From Heterodontus francisci (taxonomy: Eukaryota): 64,000 bases of DNA. Both the position numbers and the translations under genes were made by a program. The notes beneath the pieces are model-generated. The model ran no database searches. It was not told the origin of the DNA and saw nothing but the letters and a program-made list of their open reading frames with translations. This document shows positions 1 to 12,386 of the stretch, in pieces (the first letter of the stretch is position 1; every line of letters begins with the position of its first letter). The stretch is taken from positions 19,834,311-19,898,310 of the forward strand of contig NC_090376.1 in NCBI RefSeq assembly GCF_036365525.1. The letters run 5' to 3'.

Positions 1-180
1 GTAGCCACAGAATTTATGTGGCTACTCCAGTTCAGTTTCTGGTCAATGGTAACCCCTAGGATGTTGATAGTGGGGGATTCAGCGATGGTAATGCCATTGA
101 ATGTCAAGGGGAGATGGTTAGATTCTCTCTTGTTTGAGATGGTCATTGCCTGGCACATGTGTGGTGCAAATGTTACTTGC
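1..180 (-). mobile_element. CR1/L2-group LINE RT fragment (same family as 29985-32203)
   Basis: Reverse complement closely matches 32050-32200. Confidence 0.8.
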
Positions 181-235
181 CGAAATGGATATATCCTGAG
201 GTCAACTGGAGCCAAACTACTGTTTCAATGTCAGC

Positions 236-390
236 TGTGGTAGCATTCTTGCCTCTGAGTCATAAAGTTCTGGGTTCAAATCCCACATTCAGCACTTAAG
301 CACAAAAATCAAGACTAACACTCCAGTGTAGTACTGAGGGGGCACTGCACTGCTGGAGGTGCCATCTTTTGGATGAGATGTTAAACTGGC
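236..390 (+). mobile_element. Deu/SacSINE-like tRNA SINE, 5' fragment
   Basis: gcctctgagtc...gggttcaaatccc B-box and cagtactgaggg..gctgcactg body shared with 12387-12830. Confidence 0.6.
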
Positions 391-779
391 TTTCTCTCTT
401 TTCGTATATATTCTTTAAGATTGCTCAAAGTTCTGGTTTGTGGGTGTTTTTCATGTCTAAACTGTGAAGGGCAAACGTCAATTATTTTTAAAATTCTATT
501 TATAAATACGTAGATTTATATGCAAACCGATAAGCAAATACTTACCATTATATTCCGAGTGCTGATGACATTGGGCTGAATTTTACCAGCCCCTCGATGC
601 CGCGGGTCGCGGAGGGAGGGCCGGTAAGATTCTACGGGGAGAGGCCCGCCTCGACCCATGACGCTGAGATGGCAAGCTGCTGCAGTGGATCTTATAGGCG
701 ATACACACTGCTGCCACTCTGCGTCTGTGGTGGAGGGAGTGAACATTTAAAGTGGTGTCTGCTATCCAGTGACCCTTGT

Positions 780-1142
780 GGCGGCACAGTGGCGCAGTGG
801 TTAGCACCGCAGCCTCACAGCTGCAGGGACCCGAGTTCGATTCTGGGTACTGCCTGTGTGGAGTTTGCAAGTTCTCCCTGTGTCTGCGTGGGTTTTCTCC
901 GGGTGCTCCGGTTTCCTCCCACAAGCCAAAAGACTTGCAGGTTGGTAGGTAAATTGGCCATTATAAATTGTCACTAGTATAGGTAGGTGGTAGGGAAAAT
1001 ATAGGGACATGTTTGGTAGAAATATGGGATTAGTGTAGGATTAGTATAAATGGGTGGTTGACGGTCGGCACAGACTCGGTGGGCCGAAGGGCCTGTTTCA
1101 GTGCTGTATCTCTAATCTAATCTAATCTAAAAAAAATCTAAT
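780..1142 (+). mobile_element. HE1-type tRNA-derived SINE, full length
   Basis: A-box tggcgcagtgg, B-box gttcgattc; CR1-like 3' tail gggccgaagggcctgtttcagtgctgtatctc plus (taatc)n; 5-bp flanking repeat cttgt (775-779, 1143-1147). Confidence 0.88.
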
Positions 1143-2319
1143 CTTGTTGGAATCAGGTAAGGAGATCATTAAACTCAACCACTATGTCCCTATCGTTGGA
1201 TTAGAAGACAATTATGAGCAAGCAGCCAATCCTGGATGAGGCCATAGTGAAGAATCTCATCTCAAGGAGTCTTTGGAGATACATTAGGCACAGGGCAATA
1301 TCAACAGAACAGCTTGTGGAATTTTAAAACTTAACAGAAAACAATTTCTGCAATGTTCTTCCAGTAAAAGGAGACAAACGGATTCATCACACAACAAAAG
1401 ACTGTGCACTTTCTCAATGAGTCATGTTGTGACTCACACGAATGTCAGAAACCATCAAGGGAATTCACTGAAAAGTTTTTGCAGAAGGAAGCCAATTTGG
1501 AACCATATAAAATTAATCAGAGGTTTAGTCATTTCTCTTGACTTGATTTTACGGGAAAAAAAAAATCAGCTTTTTCCTGTTTTGTCAGATAGCCATGTGA
1601 TTTTATTCTCAGCATTAGATTCCGACTGTACCTACGCTCCTGCAGAAGGTATCACCATTTTGGTTAGATATATGCCTAATCGAAATCTCACACTGCCAGC
1701 GGGAAATTGGATAGAAAATGGCTGTCCGTAGCCGTGCCCTTGATGCATCCCTTGCCAGCGCTGGCTCCATTCTGGTAGCATGGGATTGTGGAATCAGCCC
1801 TATAATTCTCTGGTATTCAATCAAAAAAAAATCATACACATGATTTAAAACATAGGAAATAGTTGACATTTTGGTTTAACCCCACTCCTTCCTCCTCAAC
1901 TGAAGACATTAACTCAATGCAGGGGTAAGATTCCAGGCCCAAAAAGCACCCCCAGTATCTTATTCAAGTGACTACTCATGAGTGGCAAATGGTCACTTGG
2001 GCTATTCAAGATGAGGTGCATTGCATCCTTAACTGGGGTCTGCAATATGTCTGTACACGGATACGAGTGTCCGTGGTAACATTTTTGAGGTCCGTGACTG
2101 GTAATTTCAGGAATGAGAAATTTCCCATTGATTTCTTCTTTCCAGACAAGTCCAACTTAAAAAAAATTCACAGCTGTCAGTTTCACAGCTGACAGGTGCC
2201 AGGAGTGGGACCAGCGGCTTCCGAACTCAGGACAAATTAGGGGTTTTCCGGTGGGTCCCAATTTTAAACTGACCAATTACAAAGCTGCTCTGGGTACAGT
2301 TGCCACTCTCTGCAACTGT

Positions 2320-2715
2320 CAGAGAGAGGGAGAGGGAGGGGGGAGGGATAGAGAGACAGGGAGGGGAGGGAGAGAGAGGAAGAGGGTGGGAGTAGAGAGG
2401 GAGGGAGAGGTAGAGGGAGAGGGAGGGGAGAGAGAGAGAGGGTGAGAGGGGGAAGAGAGAGGGAGAGAGAGGGGAAGAGAGAGGGAGAGAGAGGGTGAGA
2501 GAGAAGGGGAAAGAGATAGACACAGAGTGAGGGGGAGAGAGAGGGGGAGATGGATGGACACAGAGGGAGAGGAGGGAGGACAGAGACAGGGAGGGAAGAG
2601 AGATGGACACAGTGGGGAGAGAGAAGGGAGAGAGATGGACACAGAGAGGGGAGAAAGAGAGGAGTGAAAATGGACACAGAGAGGGAGAGAGAGCGCGAGA
2701 GGGGAGAGAAAGAGA
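2320..2715. repeat. GA-rich polypurine low-complexity tract
   Basis: About 400 bp of gag/ggga units with embedded gatggacacag repeats. Confidence 0.9.
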
Positions 2716-2917
2716 TCAAGATCACTCCTGACAAATGGACATCTATCCGGATTCTCTGCATAGCTACATCAAGTGTGTGGGCAGACATTGACGACTTGTG
2801 TAAGCAAAAACAATGCCAGGTATTCACTAAACAGGGAGAAATGCGTTTTAAATCGGACTGTGTTTTTATGGCATTAGGTTGGCTCTACACTTCATATACA
2901 ATTTAATTGCCCCCATG

Positions 2918-3231
2918 TAGAGCATGGCTACCTGACCCACACCCGACGGCACCTGATGACATGTGTCGGGATCGGGTCAGGTCGGGTCGCTCTTCTGGGT
3001 TTGGCATTCAGGCTCGGGTCGGGTCGAACGTAGTGACAATGCTGCCTTTTGGTTAGGGGGGGAAAGGGAAGTAAGAGTAACAGTAAGCGTCATTACTTTC
3101 CGGTAGTTGAGTCGGGTCGGGTCGGGCGCGGGAAAAAAACCAAAGGACTCGGGCCCGGGTAGGGTACGGTTAGATGTTGGCAGGTCGGGCCCGGGGGTCG
3201 GGTTTAAATTGTATACCCGAGCAGGCCTTTA
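2918..3231. mobile_element. Non-autonomous hAT-type DNA transposon (MITE)
   Basis: Perfect 8-bp TSD cccccatg (2910-2917, 3232-3239); TA...TA ends; subterminal acccg/cgggt arrays. Confidence 0.8.
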
Positions 3232-3470
3232 CCCCCATGTCCGTGGCTGAGTCAATAATTTTGTCAAATGATCATGATGTAACATGTTGATGCCTATCCC
3301 TGAGCCTTACCCGCTTATGTTCTCACCCAGCATCTATGCATGCATGCTCTCCAGCAGGAGTCAGTAGGCAGAAAACAGGAGAGGGAACTCAGTTATTTTC
3401 ACCCTTCCTAAACCTTGGGCACATAGACCAATTGTAACTGTCAAGCCAAGATCTTGGGTTCTTTGTCATT

Positions 3471-5239
3471 CATCTTTGGCCTCCTTGTCTCGAGAGACAA
3501 TGGGTAAGCGTCTGGAGGTGGTCAGTGGCTTGTGAAACAGTGCCTGGAGTGGCTATAAAGGCCAATTCTAGAGTGACAGACTCTTCCACAGGCGCTGCAG
3601 ATAAAATTGGTTGTCGGGACTGTTACACAGTTGGCTCTCCCCTTGCACTTCTGTCTTTTTTCCTGCCAACTGCTAAGTCTCTTCGACTCGCCACTCTTTA
3701 GCCCCGCCTTTATGGCTGTCTGCCAGCTCTGGCGATCACTGGCAACTGACTCCCATGACTTGCGGTCAATGTCACAGGACTTCATGTCGCATTTGCAGAC
3801 GTCTTTAAAGGGGTGACATGGACGGCTGGTGGGTCTGATACCAGTGACGAGCTCGCTGTACAATGTGTCTTTGGGGATCCTGCCATCTTCCATGCAGCTC
3901 ACATGGCCAAGCCACCTCAAGTGCCGCTGGCTCAGTAGGGCGTATATAGTGGGGATGTTGGCCGCCTCGAGGACTTCTGTGTTGGAGATACGGTCCTGCC
4001 ACCTGATGCCAAGGATTCTCCAGAGGCAGCGAAGATGGAATGAATTGAGACGTCGCTCTTGACTGACATACGTTGTCCAGGCCTCACTGTCGTAGAGCAA
4101 GGTACTGAGGACACAGGCTTGATACACTCGGACATTTGTGTTCCGTGTCAGTGCGCCATTTTTCCACACTCTCTTGGCCAGCAGTGGACGCCTTTCTCAT
4201 GCGCTTGTTGATTTCTGCATCGAGAAACAGGTTACTGGTGATAGTTGAGCCTAGGTAGGTGAACTCTTGAACCACTTCCAGAGCTTGGCCGCCGATATTG
4301 ACGGATGGAGCATTTCTGACGTCCTGTCCCATGATGTTCAATTTTTTCAGACTGATGGTTAGGCCAAATTCGCTGCAGGCAGCCGCAATCCTGTCCATGA
4401 GTCTCTGCAGACACTCTTCAGTGTGAGATGTTAATGCAGCATCATCAGCAAAGAGGAGGGTTCCCTGATGAGGACCTTCCGTGCTTTGCTCTTTGCTCTT
4501 AGACGGGCAAGGTTGAACAACCTGCCATCTGATCTTGTGTGGAGGAAAGTTCCTTCTTCTGAAGACTTGAACGCATGTGAGAGCAGCAGGGAGAAGAAGA
4601 TCCCAAACAGTGTAGGTGCGAGAACACAGTCCTGTTTCACGCCACTCAGGATAGGAAAGGGGTCTGATGAGGCGCCGCTATGCTGAATTGTGCCTTTCAT
4701 ATTGTCATGGAATGAGGTGATGATACTTAGTTGCTTTGGTGGACATCCGATCTTTGCTAGTAGTCTGAAGAGACCACGTCTGCTGACGAGGTCAAAGGCT
4801 TTGGTGAGATCTATGTAAGCAACGTAGAGGGGCATCTGTTGTTCGCGGCATTTCTCCTGTAGCTGGTGAAGGGAGAACAGCATGTTAATGGTGGATCTCT
4901 CGGCTCGAAAGCCACACTGTGCCTCAGGGTTGACACGCCCAGCCAGCTTCTGGAGTCTGTTTAAAACAACTCGAGTGAAGACTTTCCCCACTGTGCTGAG
5001 TAGGGAGTATCCACGGTAGTTGTTGCAGTCACCCTTGTTCTTATAGAGGGTGATGATATTGGCATAACGCATGTCCTGGGGTACTGCTCCCTCATCCTAG
5101 CACAGGCAAGGCAGTTCATGGAGTGCTGAGAGTATAGCAGGCTTGGCACTCTTGATTATTTCAGGGGTAATGCCGTCCTTTCCAGGGGCCTTTCCACTGG
5201 CTAGAGAATCAATGGCATTACTGAGTTCCGATTTTGTTG
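3471..5239 (-). mobile_element. RTE-clade LINE, 5'-truncated, frameshifted RT
   Basis: ORFs 4431-5072, 4084-4398 and 3522-4169 encode RT pieces (NYRGYSLLS, DLTKAFD, LRWLGHV) and a C-terminal C2H2; flanking repeat ttgtcatt (3463-3470, 5237-5244). Confidence 0.93.
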
Positions 5240-5494
5240 TCATTATGTTTGGCTTAATGTAGATTTTCCCTGTGGCAACACTTTCAGTGAAGACATTTGT
5301 TAAATGAATCACTTTTTGTTTATATATGGCCTCTTGTCAAAGTATTTCCTCTTTTTTGAGTCTCACCATACCACATATATTCCCAGGATATGAAAGCAGC
5401 TGAGTACTCTGATCCCAGGCTTGTGCTGGTGCTCCTCTGAAACTAGCTACTAAGTGATTCACAAGAGCAGCCTGTGGTGATTTTTCACACAGAG

Positions 5495-5790
5495 AGACTT
5501 GCATTTATATAGCACCTTTCACAACTGTGTTTTACAGCCAATTAAGTACTTTTGGAAGTGTAGTTACTGTTGTAATGTAGAAATTATGGCAATTTGTGCA
5601 CAGCAAGCTCCCATAAACAGCAATGTGATAATAACCAGATAACCTGTTTTCTTGTGATTTTGATTGAGGATAAATATTGGCCAAGACAACAGAGATAACT
5701 CCCATGCTGCTCTTCGAAATAGAGCCACGGGGTCTTTTACGTCCACCTGGGAGAGCAGACCTCAGTTTGCCTCAATTTAACGTCTGAAAT
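5495..5790 (-). mobile_element. Deu/SacSINE-like SINE fragment
   Basis: gacttgcatttatatagcacctttc tail plus body matching the reverse complement of 12560-12830. Confidence 0.7.
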
Positions 5791-6421
5791 TTCTTCCCAT
5801 TTCCCTCCTCCAAGCTTGGCCTGCCTGTAGCGTCTCGGGACAGAGGCACAGTTTGGCGTGTCGAAGGACAGGGGCAGAAACACTTCTCTTAGACCACTCT
5901 ACTACATCAGTTGGACTTCCATCACATTGTCTTGCTCCTTGACAAGCTGATGCATTTGCTTTGGGGTCAGACAGTGTTTGTGAAGAAATGATGCTCCAAA
6001 TCGCACTCCATCCAGCGAGCACAGCTAAAGACTAGTTAAAACTCACCTAACTGGGTGAACATTAGCCCTGTGCCTTCCACAAATGACTTTCCTACCAATT
6101 CTCAACACAGCACTGATTTCTAGAAAGTAGCACTTCATAAATATGCTGAAATATTTTCAGAGCAACAAATCAATCTAAAAAGGTATTAAAATATGGATAC
6201 TTTTAAAGATGAAAACACGTCTGCAAATGAAAATCAGCAAGTACAAGATAAGAAAAGTTTAAAGATATTAAGACAAAAGGTAAGGCCAATGAAATGTTAA
6301 ATAAGAAGGCTTCTTCAATGAACTATTACAATCGTAACATATGACAAGCAGAAGAAATGCAATAATAAAACCCAGGAGCTGTTTGGCTACTTTAATCACA
6401 TAGACATCTTCAATGTCATCT

Positions 6422-6622
6422 TTTAGATTTAGATTTAGAGATACAGCACTGAAACAGGCCCTTCGGCCCACCGAGTCTGTGCCGACCATGAACCACCCAT
6501 TTATACTAATCCTACACTAATCCCATATTCCTACCACATCCTCACCTGTCCCTATATTCCCCTACCACCTACCTATACTAGGGGCAATTTATAATGGCCA
6601 ATTTACCTATCAACCTGCAAGT
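6422..6622 (-). mobile_element. HE1-type SINE, 3' half
   Basis: Reverse complement of 935-1130, with (tttaga)n tail. Confidence 0.85.
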
Positions 6623-7297
6623 CTTAAGGAGTTATTTGCGGTTGGCTTTTTCCAGAACTCTCAGTGAACTCCTATGTAAGAAAAATATTCTTTTTTTTTT
6701 AATCTCCTGTTCTCTTTCAAATTATGTTTTAGTCATTGTTCTTAGTAACCAACTGAGAGTGCTAATCATTTCTGAAACTATTATCTGTAAAACACAAAGA
6801 AATTAAGTGTGTGGAAGAACAGGGGCAGAAACACTCGTTTGAACTATTGTCCATAGCCAGAAATTGAAAAATGATAAATCAAAGACTGAATGCTAGGGTC
6901 CGAGCCTTCCAGTTGTGAAGTTCACTGATAGAGACTATAAAACTGTGGAGAAACACCGGAAGAAAAGGAAAATCTACTAACAGTTCCCTGGAAACCATTG
7001 TTACTACTTTCAAGAACCCAAACTATTTTTATTCCATAGTCAGACAACAGTAGGCATGATCCAGAAAGCAACTACCACAATGAACAAACATGGGTCAGCA
7101 CACGGCAGTATATCCTTGCTTATATATTGACACACAGTGTCTCTCTACTGCATTTAATGGCACAAGGTGAAGACCCACCAAAAGGGAAATAAAGAGAAAA
7201 ATGTAACATATAATTTGAAAATTGCACAGATCAATAGTGTCACCAGTGCCAAACGAGAGTCCCAAAGGTTCGGGGAAAGTAGCACTTTTTTTTTGCA

Positions 7298-7450
7298 ACA
7301 GAAACAGGAAGTGCTGGAAATGTTTCTGATGAAAGGTCACTAACCTGAACCGTTAACTCTGCTTCTCTCTCTACAGATGCTGCCAGACCAGCCGAGCTTT
7401 TCTGTTTTTGCTTCAGATTTCCAGCATCTGCAGTATTTTGCTTTTATTTT
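7298..7450 (+). mobile_element. Short Penelope-derived element with degenerate hammerhead motif and inverted 5' piece
   Basis: ctgatga-a-aggtc-act-aacct-gaac; body matches 45861-45992; 7298-7321 is an inverted copy of the element's 3' part. Confidence 0.65.
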
Positions 7451-7869
7451 ACGGTTTTTTTTTGCAATGGGAGAGGGGAAGGGACCAATTAACCCCTCAT
7501 CAGACTTAGGTCAGTAATACAAAGGGGTCACTGTGATTGTCAGACATTTGACATGTTGTTGAAGCCGAAAGTGAAAATCATTTCAATCCACTAGATCCAG
7601 ACATAGGAAGTGTTCCTCGAAGTGACTAATCTAATCAAAACAATTCACATGGTATTCCCGATATCAAACTGCAACCTTTTTTTACCCAGCTCTGATGAAG
7701 AGTCTCACCCAGAATCTTCTTCAGATGCTGACTGACCTGCAGTGTACTTTCTGTCTTTATTTCCAGTTTTCATTGTTCGTGTTCATTGTTTCTTATTGCT
7801 GTAATTTTCTTTTTGCCTAATTTCTCTGTTTCACTTCTGAAGTAAATGACTTAAGCAGTTTTTTTTAAA

Positions 7870-8310
7870 TATTCATTCTTGAGAAGGCCAGCATTTATTG
7901 CCCATCTCTAATTGCCCTTGAGAAGGTGGTGGTGAGCTGCCTTCTTGGATTGCTGCAGTCTGTAAGGATTTTAGTTTTTTGTAGCAGTTTTGATACAACT
8001 GAGTGGCTTGCCAGGCTATTTCAGAGGGCAGTTAAGAGTCAAGCACATTGCCATGGGTCTGGAGTCACTTATAGGCCAGACCAGCTAAGGGCACAAATTT
8101 CCTTTCCTCGAGAAAAGGTTGGTTTTTTTTAATGACAATCCAGTAGTTTCGTGGTCACCATTATTGAAATACCTCAGAATTCTCTGATCTAGTTTGTTTA
8201 TTCCAGATTCATTTAACTAACTGAATTTTAAATTCCCAAGCAGCCATGGTAGGATTTGAACTCACATCTCCTGATTACTAGTCCAGCAATATTACCATTA
8301 TACTACCATA
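7870..8310 (-). mobile_element. CR1/L2-group LINE 3'UTR-derived repeat
   Basis: ggccagcatttattgcccatc.ctaattgcccttgagaaggtggtggtgagctgcc block, also at 36610-36935 and related to 33780-34050, 53540-53740 and 56990-57330. Confidence 0.65.
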
Positions 8311-8314
8311 CTCA

Positions 8315-8620
8315 CAGAATCACAGAATTGTTACAGCACAGACAGAGGCCATTTGGCCCATTGTGTCTGCACCAGCTCTCCAAATGAGCAATTCACTTAG
8401 TGTCATTCTCCCCATAACCCTGCACATTCTTCCTTTTCAGATAACTGTCTAATTCCCTTTTGAATGCCTCGATCGAACCTGCCTCCACCACACTCTCAGC
8501 CAGTGCATTCCAGATCCTAACCACTCACTGCGTAAAAATGTTTTTCCTCATGTCACCATTGCTTCTTTTGCCAATTACCTTAAGTTTGTGTCCTCTCGTT
8601 CTCGATTCTTTCATGAGTAA
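8315..8620 (-). mobile_element. CR1 LINE 3' end fragment
   Basis: (cacagaat)n tail; matches reverse complement of 21650-21940. Confidence 0.75.
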
Positions 8621-10073
8621 TATACAATGATTTATGATTGCGCTGTGCTCTGCTCATCAACTACAGATTATCATTTGATAAACTTGCAATTAATAAATCA
8701 CAATCATTAATTGTTCAGTGAAGGTATGACTATGCAAAGATAGTCTGCATCATCACAAAGTGTTCTAAACTAAAACAAAAGGAAAGCAAAATATAACTGC
8801 CACCTGTCAAATCTACAGTATGCCACAATGAGTGTGATTCATAGGCCATAACCTCAATATGAGGTTTCTGCCACATAATCTGTCACAGTAGCACTACTCT
8901 TCATATGTTATACTGTAAATTGGACAGTGCACTTTAATTCTGCTTTCAGTTTCTTTTTATTCCAACATTAGCACCAAAAAGCATCAGCCAGTGGGTACAA
9001 AAAGTGAGTGGTAACGTTCAAATTTATCAAGAAATCTTTGTGTTGGGAAATTTGGATGGGCAATAGATAGATATACATACTACACAGCTTTAAATAAGCA
9101 ACAATTGCTACCTTAATAATCATTAGTGATGGTTGGTACGTCATGCAATATTGTGATGTATCCAAGGGAAAATTTAATGATGTACTGCTTGCACACAGCT
9201 GGGAAGGTCCCATAATGCCATTCTCATTGCTTGGAGGAGGGTAATTCCACTGGGAATGTAATGCTTTTGATTTTCAGAGTGGTGGTGCAAATTGCTGCAA
9301 TGCACAGAAAACTAATACGCTCTCAATTACAAAACATCAACCTTCTCCACTAAGCCGTCTTCTGAGTTTGTTGCAGTCAACAGGGGAACTGTAAGGCTGC
9401 CTGGTCCCAAGGAGCACTATTTGTCTACTGCGTGGATCGAGATGAAAAGCTCACAATGTAACTGTGGTAACATTCACCTGCAATCGCACAGGTGTGCCAA
9501 AATGGCTGCTGGAATATCTCAGGATTCTCTAATCTATGGTATAACCTAAAAGGAAGCATGGCTAAAGCTGGTGGAGGTTTGTGAGTAATTTAATCTACAA
9601 TTCTTGTAACCGTTTCTTAAAAATTTAACAGGTAAAGTGCAGAATGCAAGCAGGGTAACCATAATCTATATATAAAGATTATACTGCGAAGTCTAATTTT
9701 TAACTTTATGATGGTGACAGGCCTCTAGAAAATAGAGTGATGTTGTTTGGGCAGAAAGTGACTATTTTTCCATAGAAACGGAAAGTAAGCAGTAAGGGAA
9801 ACATAACAGGAATGGTTTCCTCAAGTACTTCTTGTTATATACTTTAATAATAAAAAATAATTTTAAAATGTGCATCAAATGCATCATAAGTAAGAGAGTC
9901 TAGTTTTCTGTAAAGGAACTGGATGGCTGTGGTTTTAATAGTTACCCATCATTTCACAAATTGAAAATAAAATGTGACAAATTCTTAAAATAGTTATTTC
10001 AGTTGTTAATTATTATGAATCAATGTATTTGATTTTTCTTTGATGGTGACTAATTTTTGCAGCTTAACATGTG

Positions 10074-11420
10074 TGTCAAGCTAGAACCCCCACCTGCCAA
10101 GAATGAGGCATATTAATTTTGTCAGATGAACATTGATTTTAAACTGTTGCTGGAGCGAGCAAATGACTTGTTAAACAGATCAGCCGTGGCTGGGAAAAAT
10201 ATCTGCATACCAACAGACAGGGTTTGGAGGGACAAAGGGGCTATTCCCTACTCCAATTTAACCCACAATGGACTTTGAGCACAAGGTATTGTGTGTAAGA
10301 AGAGACATTCCAGGGTCAGCTAAGACAAGAGAATCCACAAATAGACGTGGTCAGACCAGCTAGTCACATGACTAACTTGCTTGGCAACCTGGGTTAGAGG
10401 CCTGCTCTGGTCGGGAAAAAAGAACCGGAGCCGAAACCGACCAAACCTCAGCGGACCCGAGCCCGACCAAGCCCAAGTCCCTCCCATTTTGCCCTGAGCC
10501 CGACCCAACCCAAACCCTCCCTGACTCAACCCGACCATCCCTTTACTTACCTTCCGACTGGGAAGCTCCACAAAGCTGCAGCGCATGTGTGATGACGTCA
10601 TAGTGATGTCACTCGCTCACTGCGTAGACCCAGACTCCCAGCTCAGTTAAGTTTTTTAATTTCAATACTTAACAGCAGAGCACTTACTGTGTGTGTCCGG
10701 CCCGACCCAACCCGACTGACCTGGACTCGGCCTGACCCGACCCGAGCCCAAAAGCCGTACCCTGAAGATGGGCCCGACCTGACCCGAACCCGACACGTCG
10801 TTGGGTTCGGGTCGGGTAGCAAGCCTCTAACCTGGATTTTTTCTGAATTGTACAAAGAGTTTGGACTCAGAAAAGACTGCTCCTGAAGCGAGAAGACCTC
10901 TCTTGTCTGCTCCCATCTCTTTCTCACAAGCCTCTGGACCCATTGAAGACACATGAACTTCAACCGAGAAAAGTCTCCTACATCGAACAATGTGTAAGAA
11001 GAATACTGGGCCCCAACAAAAGCAAGACCTACCTACAATCAAAGATTTTACAGCGAGTTCGAAGTACAGTAACCAAAACCATCTTCAGATATTGCCTCAA
11101 ACTTTTCCACTTTATTTCTTCTGCTCTTTTCTGTCTCTATCTGCATGTGTGCATCACGTATGCATGCTAGCATGGGTGCGTGGCGTATCCATAGGCGTTA
11201 ACCGAATTAGAGTTTAAGTTTAATAAAGTTCAACCTTTTTTCTTTAAACACAAGAAAACCTGTTTGACTAGTGTCTTTGCCTTATAATTGGAAGTTAGTG
11301 AACAAGAATTCACTCAGGGGGAACTAAAAGAACGGTGTGTTTAAAATTAACCCCTGTTGCTGTAAGACCAGGTGAAGGCTGAGATGGAACCCTAGACCCC
11401 TTTCTCACCTGGTCATAACA
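10074..11420 (+). mobile_element. Solo LTR (about 900 bp) interrupted by a hAT MITE
   Basis: TGTCA...TAACA termini; 5-bp TSD atgtg/acgtg (10069-10073, 11421-11425; one CpG-type transition); AATAAA at 11222. Confidence 0.72.
10395..10829. mobile_element. hAT-type MITE nested in the solo LTR
   Basis: TIR tagaggcctgct / agcaagcctcta (1 mismatch); 8-bp TSD acctgggt/acctggat; (acccg)n subterminal arrays. Confidence 0.85.
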
Positions 11421-11449
11421 ACGTGATACTACCAGAAAGCCAAAGACTA

Positions 11450-11625
11450 TTGAGGGGATTTGGTACACAATCACTCTCCTCGCATTCCTGGGTATGGGAT
11501 TTAATCCACTCCAGACCAACTGGATGGCAGTAAACCGCCTCCCTGTCAGCTGTGTGAGAGTCCCGTGTGAAATGAGTTGGTCAGGTCATAATGCATTTCT
11601 TGGTAAAGGTCCACAGCACAAAACA
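11450..11625 (+). mobile_element. Ancient LF-SINE-like fragment
   Basis: tgtgaaatgagttgg...gtccacagcacaaaac resembles the LF-SINE body as recalled; second fragment near 62430-62490. Confidence 0.45.
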
Positions 11626-12386
11626 GCTCATAAATTGGAAGGTTAACATTTTTACTTAAGAATGGCTGGTGTAGCAAATGGAAAGTTCACAATACACCAG
11701 TACTTTGATATTGTGTGATAAGGGACATGGATACAATATAGGCAGCCCTGCTTCATACCAGCACTGATTTTTTTTTTATAAGAGGAATTACACCTCCATA
11801 ACTGGATCAGCGTGAAGGGAAATTTATTCTGTAATCTTCATACAGCATAGTTTGAAGGCTTTTATCTGATAGCACTGCCATGTCTAATATCAGTCTCAAT
11901 GCAATGGTGGACTCATTCAAAAAAAAAAAATCAGGCGGTGTATAAAACAGGCTGCTGATTCACTATCGTTCACTTTGTGCTATTGCTGGACCAATTTTAC
12001 TTCCACTGGCTTCTGACAATGCAGCACTCCTTCAGTGCTGCACTGAAGCACCAAACTACAATATATGTTAGAATCGCAACCCTAAAATAGGATCTTGAAC
12101 CCACGATCTTCTGACTCAAGAATACGACCAACTGAGTCAAGCAGACTTTACTCAATTTCAGTTCACATGGGATCTTCACAGCCTACAACAAGAGGGCAAA
12201 TGCTGATTAATACAATTTGGATTTGGTCTCAGGAATCAGACAGCATGCAACCCAATGTGCCATGCTGGCCTCCTACTGGCTTAGTTTGTGCCAGTTCATG
12301 AGCTTCAGGAAGTCTGCAGGTTATTAATGCACAGTTTCTCTGCTGGTGCCATATGAATGAAAAGAGCTAGTCTAACACTGATTTCT

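Noticed and set aside
780-850. tRNA-like sequence with A and B boxes
   Set aside because: Head of an HE1-type SINE present in several copies, not a tRNA gene
1590-1648. Plus-strand exon-like segment (tttgtcag...GAAG|GTATCA)
   Set aside because: Isolated, no partner exons or recognisable peptide
2227-2906. Ser/Leu/Pro-rich and Glu/Arg/Gly-rich ORFs up to 187 aa
   Set aside because: Translation artefacts of the GA-rich low-complexity tract
5868-6835. 17-bp direct repeat acaggggcagaaacact at about 5868 and 6819
   Set aside because: No element termini or tail between the copies; cannot be supported as a TSD
10400-10820. Short interspersed acccg repeats as a CRISPR-like array
   Set aside because: Irregular pentamer repeats inside a TIR/TSD-bounded MITE in a vertebrate genome; no repeat-spacer periodicity and no cas genes
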